A stretch of 64,000 nt of DNA from Hydrolagus affinis (lineage: Eukaryota): assembly GCA_012026655.1 (NCBI GenBank), contig JAAILG010000629.1:1-64000 (forward strand), given 5' to 3'. Shown in pieces: positions 13,617 to 24,610 of the stretch; positions within the stretch are counted from its first letter, which is position 1; each line of letters opens with the position of its first letter. The notes beneath the pieces are model-generated. The model searched no databases. It had not been told where the DNA came from and was given only the letters and a program-made list of their open reading frames with translations. Position numbers and translations under genes: made by a program.

Positions 13617-13697
13617 CTAACTGTCCATTGTCACTGTGGGTTGTGCTGTCCACATCCACAGTTGGGTAAACTCCTGAAGTGTTGTACATCGCTGTGT
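13617..13697 (-). CDS. DDR2: DDR2 coding exon 8, extracellular stalk (TAMYNTSGVYPTVDVDSTTHSDNGQL); possible shorter form ending at 13635
   Basis: ttgcag| acceptor, TAG|GTAAGA donor; phase 1-1; AMYN motif as in DDR2. Confidence 0.88.
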   Translation of the reverse strand, partial: TQRCTTLQEFTQLWMWTAQPTVTMDS

Positions 13698-13899
13698 CTG
13701 CAAAGCAAAACAGTGTTGTTATCATGAAACCTGTTGAGTTAATTGAGGTAACAACTGTGTTTATCAAGGATTATAAAGCAAATTCTACTTGCGTTAACCA
13801 GTTTCATTTTAATATGCAGCAACTTTTAGTGGGTGGGATTCATTCTGATAATTGAATAGACTCTCACGATGACTGATGGTATCTCTCCTCTGAAAGTGC

Positions 13900-14170
13900 A
13901 TAGCAGTCGGACAACACTCCAGTGCAATGCTGGAGGTGTGCTGCATTATTGGAAGTGCTGATCTTTGGAATGAGATGTTAAACTGAGCTCCGGTCTGCCT
14001 ATTCAGACAGGCATTAATCATCCTACAGCATTATTCGAAAAGAACAGGGATATTCTCCTGGTGTCCTGGCCAACAATCCTATAAATAAAGATTGTTCATT
14101 CACTCTATGGCTACTCATGGGCATTGCTGCCTGCAAATTGGCTGCTGTGTCCACCTACAAAATACAGTTG
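13900..14170 (+). mobile_element. Older Deu-domain SINE (AmnSINE1/SacSINE1-like); related fragments at ~480-600(-), ~23980-24115(-), ~31720-31890(+), ~38800-39150(+), ~48420-48530(+), ~53630-53750(-)
   Basis: Motifs GAGATGTTAAACTGAG, TTCTCCTGGTGTCCTGGCCAACA and GCAAATTGGCTGC are characteristic of this SINE group (from memory). Confidence 0.65.
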
Positions 14171-14267
14171 TTGAACATTACAGTATATCCTGCAGAACTC
14201 TCGGGAGACGACCTCCCAATGTGTTTGGTGATGTAGTGGATGTAAAGGTTGTTAATATTATTCATAC

Positions 14268-14511
14268 CTGACTGGAAGGAAATTTCACTGAACATCATCC
14301 AGGTATCAGCAAAGTAGAACTGGCACATGATGGAATTTGCCATTCGCTGTTGAAGAGGGACTGTGACAAATCGGGCACTAGGATTGACGTCATCCAGGAC
14401 CAGAACTGACGTGACTGGGGTTGGTTCCCATTTACCCGGCTCCGAGCAGAAAAAACATTGAACTTCTCGAAATATCTTCACTCCCTTCGTGAACATGTTA
14501 TTACAATGGAC
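14268..14511 (-). CDS. DDR2: DDR2 coding exon 7 ([14 protein letters not shown]...[11 protein letters not shown])
   Basis: ctgcag| acceptor, CAG|GTATGA donor, 244 nt; lies in ORF 14155..14589. Confidence 0.96.
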
Positions 14512-16070
14512 CTGCAGCCATGAAAGGGTAAAGGTTACTGACGGGGATTTATTCTGCAAATTGCAAACAAATATGTACCAGAATAACAAGCTGTAAACTA
14601 AAATAATCTGCTTCCTCCAATCATGTGGTTCGATTGGCAGCTGTTTCTAGTTGAAACAAGCAATTCAGATTGTGCCAATAGAAGATTTTCATAAATTATT
14701 CTGTTTCAATTTTAATTTATTGCTCATTAGCAATTTGATTTTACAAACCAGAGAACTAAAGTTCAAATGAAAGTAAATGGTGGATTAATTTTTTTGTATT
14801 GTGTGAGATAATTAGTACCACTGAATTTATTAGTGACAAAGTGGCTGGAGTGATTGCCACATCTCTGTACCCGTAGTATTTTGTACAAGGATAGGCTGAC
14901 ATGCTCGCCACAAGGCACAATGCAAGTTTTGCCTATTTCTCTACATTCTCTTTATTCAACATGTAGGCTGAATGGCCTTCTTCTGTGCTGTAAAAAAACA
15001 TTCTAAGATAACAGAGGCTTCCCATGGGATTGTCGGTCCTCTGTAAAGAAACTTCTAATAGATATGTGGCTTATAGCATTAAACCATACAGTGGTTTTGT
15101 ATGGAAGCTATTAAGAAATCTGTAGCTACATACACCTGGTACTCCAGTACTATATGATTGTGGTGGAAGGGGAGAGTTTAAAGGGAACATTTTCCCCCAA
15201 AATCAGTAAAAGGGGGATAAAAATCTCAAAATGAAAAGTACTTAATAATAATCCTTGCATTTTGCCTTTACCATTTATTTGCCAAGGCCACTGCAGTCTG
15301 TGAAACGTCGTAAAATGAAACGACCTTTAAAATGAATTGTTTGAAACATCTCCATTCATGCGAGTTGGAAAATAGGGACATTCCGATTCAAAAGAAATCA
15401 TGACTTGCCAAATAACATTTGAATTAATTATTTGAAATTGGGAAGTGTGTAGCCTGCTAAATCATTTCCAGATTAAACTGCACATTTTATTTAGTTAATC
15501 ACTCCTGGAGCTAAGTGTCAGACTGCCAGGAGTACAAATAAGTGCAAGTCTATAAGTATATGGGGCTCCAGGTCCCTGGCTAGACTGTCTGTAAAACCAC
15601 TTGTCATGAATGTTTTTTTTGCTTAATGAGAACTGTGCATGCCAGATTCTGAGTCCAAGCAGATTATTGAGTACAGAAGTCTTTTGTTTAATTGCAGATG
15701 TTGGGGGCAATGGCTTACCCATTACATTATTTGTATTTTGCATTATGGAGCTACCTCGAAGAACGTTGGCTATTCTTTTTTGCCTGTTTACGAATATTGT
15801 GCAATTTAGAACACTTTTTCTTTTGCTATAGCAAATTACAAGGAAATTATATATTTTTCAGAATCCAATAGTCATCACACAAAATTTAACGGAGAAGTAT
15901 AGAGGAAGTACTTTGAACCCGATTCAACCTACTGCACCAAACAGTTTACAAAATCTGGTTGGAAATATCACTAGATTCAATTTTTTTGTTAGAAACGTGC
16001 TATTGCGAGGGTTTCACTTTCCGTGGGTAGACGTTCAGATTATGCCAGCAGCTGGAGCATTAGAAGGCAG

Positions 16071-16174
16071 TGTTCTGACGAAGGGTCGTGGACCCAAAAT
16101 GTTAACTCGCTTTCCTTTCTCCATAGATGCTGCCTGACTTGCTGAGTGTTCCCAGCGATTCCTGTTTTTGTTTC
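16071..16174 (+). mobile_element. Penelope-derived short element, same family
   Basis: GTTCTGACGAAGGGTCGTGGACCC...GATGCTGCCTGACTTGCTGAG; possible TSD AGAAGGCAG/AGAAAGCAG. Confidence 0.72.
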
Positions 16175-16457
16175 AGAAAGCAGATTCGTATGGAATCTCG
16201 CTTTTCGGTCCTGACCACTGACTGTGAACTGCCTCAGGATAATTCTTAACCAGTGGCAGACTGGTAAAGTAAATGTTACATGTCAAAGTTGCGACTCAGA
16301 GAACATGGATTTTGCCTCTTCCACTACTCGTGTGCTGTGGTCAAACGTGCAATAAAATTGTCGCTGATATTCTGAGAACGAAAGAAAAGAAAAAGAAAGA
16401 AAGAGAGAAAGAGAGAGATAAGAGGTAAGTAATGGGTAAGTACAAAGCGCTTTGCAC

Positions 16458-16644
16458 CTTCATCGCTGTGAAATTTCGGATCCTATCAAACTCAAACCGA
16501 ATTTCCACATAGTCATTTTCAAAGCTGGTGTTCTGCCACCCCAAGTAGTCGTAGCCTGGCCACACATTGTACACGTGACTCTGTGTGAAATCATCCAAGC
16601 CCCAAACCCCATCCGTCAACTGACCAAGTCCTTCTGAAACCATC
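16458..16644 (-). CDS. DDR2: DDR2 coding exon 6 ([12 protein letters not shown]...[13 protein letters not shown])
   Basis: ccccag| acceptor, AAG|GTGCAA donor; lies in ORF 16341..16736. Confidence 0.95.
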
Positions 16645-18836
16645 CTGGGGGCAAACAGATACAAGGAAGCTTTATTCACAACCCTCAGCAGAACAACAGC
16701 TGGTTTGAATGAAACTGCTGACGTGGCCACTACCACATGTTTTATAGTGTTTTGTAAGGGCTACAATGTTAACAAAAAGCATTACAACAAAACTAATTCT
16801 GTACCCTTCAGTTGCTTCGGTTTATTGTACCTAAATAAATCTGTTATTTATTCATGGTTTTCCCCCAACAATGATTTTCTACTGTAATATTCTCATACTG
16901 TAATCGCTTTGTTGAATATTGCATTGAATAGCTGCTTATTAGTGTTGAAAAGAAAGCGAATATATACTGTACTCCTAACAACTATTTTTACCATTGACAA
17001 AATATTTTACAATTATGATTGGTTGTTTTAACCAGCAATCTTTTTTTTAAATGAAATTTTCATCCACTATTTCTAAAGGAAGCTTTTGTTTTGCCAATTT
17101 CCTGAGTCTGCAGCCTGTGATGTATCTCATTCCCCACTTGTCTGGGTGGCCATTCATCTGAGTGAACATCTGCAGACTTGTGAAGCAAAATCTGACCTTG
17201 TCCTCACTACGAGAACATTGGACAGCAATTGGGCACAGATGACTTGGCTAATTTTCTTGTCTTTCTAACCCAGGGGCAGTGAAGTCAATTATAACATATG
17301 CAACTGACACTCCAGGCAAAATCAGTTAATCTGTTGGAATAAAACCAAGGGACTTTTGGTTTCCATGGTCCAGCTCCACTAAAAGAAGCCTATCATTGTC
17401 TTTGATGAAATCAGCAATGAGTAAAATTTTTCTAACATAACCATTTTAAAATCTAACTTTGCAGAATGCAGGGTCAAAAAGAAACAACTAATGAATAGCC
17501 ATGAATAGAGTTCAGGAAATTCCAGGCTAAGGCTAGTGCTACAATAAATTCTCCTTTTAGAGTTACATCAAAGCAATCAGAGTACAAAATACACATATAT
17601 ACAGTATATAGCTCATGCTTCAACAAATGTGATCAATTCCTTAGGTAAGAAGAGACTGTGATAGCGGGCATTGCCACTGATTGCTATCTGTAGAGTAATG
17701 CCTGTTGGTTAATCTAATTAAAACATTTTGAGAGTCTGCATGTGAAAAAAAATGTCCTTGTATTTTAGTTGCAAACTCTCTCTCCCCTCGTGAGCTACAA
17801 TACCTATGATAGAAATGTAAGTGCTTAGTTAGGAAAGGGAAACATGTGATTGCTTTGTTTGTCTGTCCATCTGTAGGTGGTTCTGTAGAAAATTAAAGAA
17901 GCAGAATTACTTCAAATTGCCTGCACCAGAATTTACAGAGAAGCTCCCCAGAGAACAGGTTTGCTTTCATCAGAGCTGGCTACTCACTGGGAAAGATCAA
18001 CAAGTCAGCAGTATCTATAATTTCAATCAAATGGGCTATGGGTGGAACTCAAGACCATTACAGTCGTGGTACTATTTGATGTAAAGAATACAAAACTGCA
18101 CCGATTTTGATAAGAATCACCAATTAAAGTTAATTTCCGAGTGTGTTCAGTAAGAAAATTACTTCTTTGATGTGAATCGCAGGAGAAACGTTGCCATCTA
18201 ATAGTTACAAGAATTTGCAGAAGTTTTACTGCCCACTAGCAAGTATCCCTCTGAGAAAACGTTGGACCCTTTCTCAAACAAACATTCCCAGAGACTACTC
18301 TGAACAGCTGAATAGCTATGGGTAAGAAACATGGCAAACTTTATTGTGCGATCAAGTTTTTCTTTGCCGATGTTTTAATATTGTGACTCTGCTTAGCAGA
18401 GTGAAGGAAGACAATGCATTACTTTCCTCCAGTATATATGTGGATCTAGTGATAGCGATCTTCTCCTTGCCAGAATTCGCCTTCTAGGAAAGAGTGGTAA
18501 GATTGCCAGCCACCCTTGAGTGTATTGTGTGTTGCGAAGGTGGAGCTGCTTTACTTCCATCTGTTCCTACCCTCCGAGTTACAGTCACCAGAGTAGTGTT
18601 TCCTGTGACTTGGAAAAAATATTTTTAGCATCATTCTTCAAATGTGGTCAGCTTTCATGTTGTTATCTAGTCATTCCTTATCTGAGAAATTTCATAATTA
18701 ACTTCTGCCAGTCTGCTTCCCTCATTTTCGTCTGTAACTCAAACAAAGAATATGTTGGGAAAAGGAGTGTCGCCTCATTGCCTACCTTACACGGCACTGA
18801 ATGGGTAAAAATGGATGTCAGTAAACGATGTCTTAC

Positions 18837-18942
18837 CTTGAGCTGATTACACCATCGTACACTGTATCATTCAAATAAACGGAAGGGCTCCCGGCTGAGA
18901 CAATCTGATGGCCCATGGGACCGTTATAAGATACTAAACCAT
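18837..18942 (-). CDS. DDR2: DDR2 coding exon 5 ([34 protein letters not shown])
   Basis: ttacag| acceptor, AAG|GTAAGA donor, 106 nt. Confidence 0.95.
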
Positions 18943-19510
18943 CTGTAAAGGAAAATACAACTGTGACCATCAAAGATATATTTTATCTGCTGATCATTAA
19001 GATTTCAGTATACATTTTCACCGAGTTTATATCAACATTTGTGAACTGGGATCTCTAAATTAGTTGAATAAAACAGACTGACTGACGACCATGAGACGTG
19101 CTTTTCTAAGCTGTTACACTGCCAATTTAAGAGCATTGTAATAGTTTTGAGGTTTGTGTCCACAAGGGGATCAAGTATTTGTTACAGAGTCTTGGGATAA
19201 TGATGGAAAATTGTTTTTGATTATAGTTGTCCTGAATGTCATTTTGCAATTTGGCAAAATTGAAACTATTCAGACATTCTCAAGCCTGGGTCACTGAAAC
19301 AAAAACTTTTCTATTATTGACCATGTTCTGATCCTATTTGCGATAGGACTCAAATGAACTGGCACAATCATATTACTGTAATTTAAAGAGAAGAAAGACA
19401 AGCAAAACATGTGTCTGGGTGCCATGTGGAAATGTCAAAATTGAAGAAGTTTTATAAAGTTTGTCAAATCTGAATTTCCTTTGTGGATTTTAAGCTTGGT
19501 TGTGTCTGTG

Positions 19511-19790
19511 AACAACAACAACAAAATTACATTTATAGAGCGCCTTTCACATCGGGAGGACGTCCCAAGGCGCTGAACAGTCAGGACGGGACCCAAGCAA
19601 GGGAAAGGGGCAGGGCAGGGAGGATAGGGCAGGAGAGATTTAGGAGGCGAGGGAGAGAGTTGGGAGGGCAGCAGAAGGCATGGTCGAAGAGGAGGGTCTT
19701 GAGACTGGCCTTGAAGGAGGAGAGAGAGGGAGTGAGGCAAAGGGATTGTAGGATGGAGTTCCACAGTGTGGGAGTTCTATTGTGGCTGCC
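19511..19790 (-). mobile_element. L2 LINE 3' fragment
   Basis: PTLWNS...SFKASLKTLLF motif; tail AGGCGCTCTATAAATGTAATTTTG(TTG)n. Confidence 0.88.
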
Positions 19791-19899
19791 AAGTTCTGCA
19801 ACCTGAGGTGTTGACCTCAATCTGCCCTTGTTTCAATCAAAATAAAAAAGAAATAATTTGGGGATTAGTGTGATTGTATAAGTTTGTTTCAGCACACAC

Positions 19900-20047
19900 C
19901 TAACCATTCACAGCCGTAGAGTTCAACTCTCATGCACACACTCATGGAGTGATCGGTAATTGGTATGAACCTCACAAATCTGGCTATCATTGGTGGTTCC
20001 AGATCTCGCAGTACAGGATCATAGGGGTTCACATTTCCTTCAATCAC
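19900..20047 (-). CDS. DDR2: DDR2 coding exon 4 ([29 protein letters not shown]...[11 protein letters not shown])
   Basis: ctttag| acceptor, TAG|GTGTGT donor, 148 nt; RVELYGC ends the discoidin domain. Confidence 0.96.
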
Positions 20048-20240
20048 CTAAAGGGAATAAAAAATGGTTAGGACTTAGGTGAGGCTGAGCTTTGATCTTT
20101 GCCGGAGAGTGCATGTACATATGTATGTTGGGTTAGGACGGGAGCAGGCTCGTCTGTTAATCTTGCATTCGCTTCCTCTCCATCTTTTAGACAACATTCA
20201 ATGTCTACAGATAATTTACTTTATGGTATATTCTGTGAAG

Positions 20241-20686
20241 TAAGGTCCGTTGATATGGAAATTTTCCGATATCGATATATAGGTGGGCTCATATCAATAT
20301 ATACCAATATATCGATATTTTCTTTTTTTATACTGCGCACGTGCGCACATTCGGAGGTGCGCGCGCATTCAGGGGTGCGCATGCATTCAGGGGTGCGCGC
20401 GCATTCAGGGGTGTGTACGCATTCCAGTGTGCATGCGCATTCCATGCTCTAGGCCCAGGAGGTTTGCAATGCTGCCGACAAGGTAAATTGGAAAAGTTCG
20501 CATTATACCGATAATATCGATATACCGATATATCGCCGGAAACGATATACCGATATTTACGATATATCGATATATTTTTTGCTAATTTTTTTTTGATATA
20601 TCGATATATTTTAAATTCCGATATCGGAATATCGATATGAAAAATTATTTCGATATATCGATATATCAATATATTGCCGGACACTA
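20241..20686. mobile_element. Non-autonomous hAT-type DNA transposon (MITE) with ATATCGATAT-rich subterminal repeats
   Basis: Imperfect TIRs TAAGGTCCG.../...CGGACACTA; 8-bp TSD CTGTGAAG (20233-20240) / CTGTGAAA (20687-20694); interrupts a SINE tail. Confidence 0.8.
20334..20447. repeat. 18-bp tandem repeat (TGCGCGCGCATTCAGGGG)x~6 inside the MITE
   Basis: Directly visible period-18 units. Confidence 0.9.
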
Positions 20687-20986
20687 CTGTGAAATGTTTT
20701 GAGATGTCTTGAAGATGTAATAAGGCATTAATATTATTTGCAAGAATTATTATTATTACTACCAGCTGCTGCTACCTGTGGAATTGCATAATTCACTGCC
20801 TTCATGTAAGGAGGAGAGTAAATTTGAAAAGAAAAATGACCTCAGACCTTATTGATATGAAGGAATGTGTTGAATTGCAAGGACTTAAACTATTTGTATT
20901 TTGAAGTCACAGAACTATAAGATAACACTGGTTTGTCATGCATTTGCAAAAAAAGTTGAAAAATTCCGCACAGTTATGGAACACAC

Positions 20987-21215
20987 CTGTTTTCCATGAC
21001 GATTTTTCCATGAATTCCATCGATTTCCATCTCTGCTATAGTCGAGCCTGTACATCTGAGCAAATTCATTTCCATGTCCTGCAGCGTGACGACCTTGAGT
21101 TCCTACAAGTGTAATAAAGTGCAAAGTTCGTAGATCAACCTGAAGGAACTCCGTATCCTCGGGATCCACTGGACCTTCTGGGCACCAAGCTCCGTCCCCT
21201 TCTTCGAAATCAAGC
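20987..21215 (-). CDS. DDR2: DDR2 coding exon 3 ([14 protein letters not shown]...WKNRHGKQ)
   Basis: ccttag| acceptor, CAG|GTGTGT donor; lies in ORF 20936..21484; discoidin motifs GAWCP and TQGR. Confidence 0.96.
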
Positions 21216-21931
21216 CTAAGGGAATATAACAATGTTTCACATCCTAAGTTTCTAAGTTTCTCGAATCTTAAAGGTGACAATCTTCTAAGTCTTAAACAAG
21301 GTCTTATTGTTAGGAACTTGTGAAAATGCTGATTCTCTCTCGTTAATGCTCCAGCGCCTTGAGACATCCTCCCGATGTGAAAGGCACTATACAAATGTAA
21401 TTTTTTTGTTGTTGTTGCTGTTTTAGCAATTGGCTTCTCTGTTTCCCAGATTACAATAGTATTCTCAAGTTCAACTAACCACAAATTTCCAACTCAAACT
21501 TTAATCTGCAAACACCAAGAAATCACGGACATGTTCTGACCTTGTTCAAAAGCTAATGACGTATTCATTGCAGATGATCAACAAAGTACTAAAATATTAA
21601 GACTTGACCTCGGTAATCTGGAACAGTATTTTTCATGCATACTGACATTAAGCGCAGATCAGAGCGTGAGGTGGGTATCAGTGCAAAGATATCTGATGTA
21701 GGTTACATACAAATTGTTCTCCATTATTGACGGTATATAGGATTGACGGTATGTAGTTTAGCAAACAACTATTACATCACTGTGACATTTCTGAGTGAGA
21801 CATTAAAAATGATCATGTCTTAGACAGAAACCTACATTGCTGTTATTTTATATCATATGTTGACAGTTATAACCTTTAACAGGTTATTTGAATACTGTAC
21901 ACAAATGATTCTCAGAAGAGCACTGACTCAC

Positions 21932-22034
21932 CTTCCATATTTGGCTGCAGTGGAGTCATACCAGTGGCTGGATGCAGTAATATCTTCATCTTGGATATGC
22001 CCGCTTGACATTCCGAGTGGGTAGCGACACACAG
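21932..22034 (-). CDS. DDR2: DDR2 coding exon 2 ([34 protein letters not shown])
   Basis: ctctag| acceptor, AAG|GTGAGT donor, 103 nt; start of discoidin domain. Confidence 0.95.
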
Positions 22035-22145
22035 CTAGAGATGAGACCACGAAACACACAGGAATTTAACATAATTCTGCACAGCAATCTCCATCTTTAC
22101 CAGGTAAAATATGCTTCCCGCAAGCTCTTGTCAAATGCCATCAAT

Positions 22146-22176
22146 CCCCCCCCCCCCCCCACCCCCCCAACCCCCC
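22146..22176. repeat. Poly-C tracts (C15-A-C7-AA-C6), G-rich on the DDR2 sense strand
   Basis: Direct reading. Confidence 0.9.
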
Positions 22177-24546
22177 AGTACCAGTTTGATTGGTTACAGA
22201 GATCTTGTGAAACAAGAGAATAACATCTACAGAACAAAATATTGAAAGCACATTCAAAGATGTTCACTGCAGCATGTACAAAAGTGCCTTGATTGGTAAC
22301 TGTGATGGATTAATCTTCAGGAAGTTTAATAAAGAAGCCAGTGAATGGTTTGAAAAAAACTGCTTAGGTAGATTTCCCCCAAGGCTGGGAAATGTGAAAC
22401 AGGCCAGGTCAGAATTGTCTGCTCGTCAAATACTACTTTGCTATGAAGAGGTAGGATCCAGGCTTCTGTGTGTGATTTCCCTAATGATCAGTTTTTGATC
22501 TCGGGCCAGGCTGTTGGGGTGCTGAGCAGAGCCAAATCTTTTCTCCACAGTGCGCGTGAGTCAACCTGCGTTGTTTATGTCACCGCATACTGTTCTAGGT
22601 TGTTAGAGAATAATGGCGGCATAGAAGCCATGCTGGGAGAGGGGAGGAGGAAAGACAGCCAATGAAGAGGCATGAAAACCATTTTAAAACAGGCCAACCT
22701 ATTGGAAACAAGTAATGTTTCACCTCAATTCATGGAATGTTGGTCCATCATTGGTCTAACCTATTATCTAAAGTATCTTCACACAACCAGTCTTTAGTAT
22801 TCGGTATTCGATTGTTAAGCATTAGTCTGGTTTTATACAATAATAAGAGTAATAATAATAGTAATAATAATTCTTACAGTTGATAAAGTGCCTTATCACT
22901 TCATCAGGACATCTGAAAGTACTTCACAGGATATACTTAAAGAGGAATGTCTGTGTATTTTGTGGGTGAAATGCGACAACCAGTTGCACACAGCAATGTC
23001 CCACAAACAGCCACGTATGGCAGTATCAAAGATACTGTATATCTAACATTGAGCAGCTATATTTACTGTAATATAAGGGTTTGTTTCAACATCGGGGGGG
23101 TGTACAAGCTGAGAGTTATTTTAAAAAAATGGCTGGTGCAGTTTCCTCAGACATGGCAGACTGAGAGGTAAATATGTAGTAAGTGAGTTGTGCTCACTTA
23201 ATTGACACTTCATGCCTCTGACCGTGATGTGTAGAAATGGGAAACTTTCACTTTTCCCTTTCTTGTAACATTATTGAGTTTCTATTTTCAAACCATGTCT
23301 AACACAAGGGTAATGCGTAGGTGTTACAAGCTTGGCACAGTTGGTAGCAAGCTCGCCTCCGAGTCTCGCATCGGAACTCCTTTGTGAAATGAATGCAGAC
23401 GTGTAAAGAAGAGGTGAGCAGAGCCAACATATATTGCATACTCCATACGTTTTCAAGATATGTTTTCATAAAATAACCAGGTTCAAGGCAATTCAGCCTT
23501 GAGCCCACTGCACATTGCTGTCATTCCTTAGGACAAGAGACTATACTTTGAGCCTACAGTTCCACTGCAGGCAGAAGCAAGGAAAGGCTTGTGTAGTTTA
23601 GAGCACGATGAAAGGACACGTTCAGCTTTGAATGCATGGAATGGAAAACTACTGGGCTCTGCTCTGCTCTTGCCTTTACAGCTATTTGGTAAAATCCTCA
23701 GGCGGCTCTCCACACTGTAGGCATTGGCAGCAGACTGAGGAAAATACCTCAAGATGAATGAACCACTTGTTTCCCAATATTTGCTGTCTTACCACTGGCT
23801 CCAGCACACATATATTATCATCATTAGACTTGGTTGATGTCGAAAATAGTTTTAGCAGAGCCAGTTAATGTCAGAGGTTACAGATGATAACAACAGTAAT
23901 TTCTAAAAACACAAACAGAGGATTTAAGCAGAAACCACGGCATTTGGACTTTTTTTTTTAAAAAAAAGCAACCCTTCCATGTCTGGCATGTATTCTTTCT
24001 GATGAAAAGTTCATTTTTTATATAATGCCAAGTGTGCTTTCTCAAGTGGATGTTCAAGATCCCGTAACGGAATTGAAAAAGGAAGGGAGTTCCTCCCAGA
24101 GCCCAGGCCAACAAAATCTTTTGCTCTGCCGCTTCAAATAGAAAACATTTGAATTAATTACTGTTCACACACTCTGAGAAGTTCTAGTTTTGACCCATAG
24201 CAATGTGCGCACTTGAACACACAATGTCTCCATTAGCCTAACCTTTGTTTCATGTGGAAGACCCATCTTCGAATTCAGATTGCTCAGAATTTTGGCAAAT
24301 TCTGAACTCCAATCTTAATTTTGCAGGTATTTTTCCACAGCCCTTTCATTTCAGAAGGTTAAAACCGACACCCAATTTAAGAATAAATTGAAGGAATTAC
24401 CCAAATTCCCGCACATGATGAGATGCTAAAATAGTAATCTTGAGGGTGAAACCAGATGGAATTTGGGGGCCACTGATTAAGTACAAGAAAATTCTTACCC
24501 ATGGATTGACTGAAAACAGGAAGAACTGAAATGGTCAGATCCTTAC

Positions 24547-24610
24547 CTGGATTAACCTGAGCCTGGATCAGCCTGAGCCATTGAAGCAACAGCAACAACA
24601 GCAAGTGCAT
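24547..24610 (-). CDS. DDR2: DDR2 coding exon 1 (signal peptide MHLLLLLLLQWLRLIQAQVNP); exon extends to 24661 as 5'UTR
   Basis: Acceptor ttcctcag|24661; in-frame TGA upstream of ACG-ATG; donor CCAG|GTAAGG; AQVNP motif as in vertebrate DDR2. Confidence 0.92.

Noticed and set aside
20099-20684. Overlapping ORFs with RAHSGV and YRYI repeats; superficially CRISPR-like periodicity
   Set aside because: These are translations of the MITE's tandem and subterminal repeats; there are no unique spacers and the context is eukaryotic.
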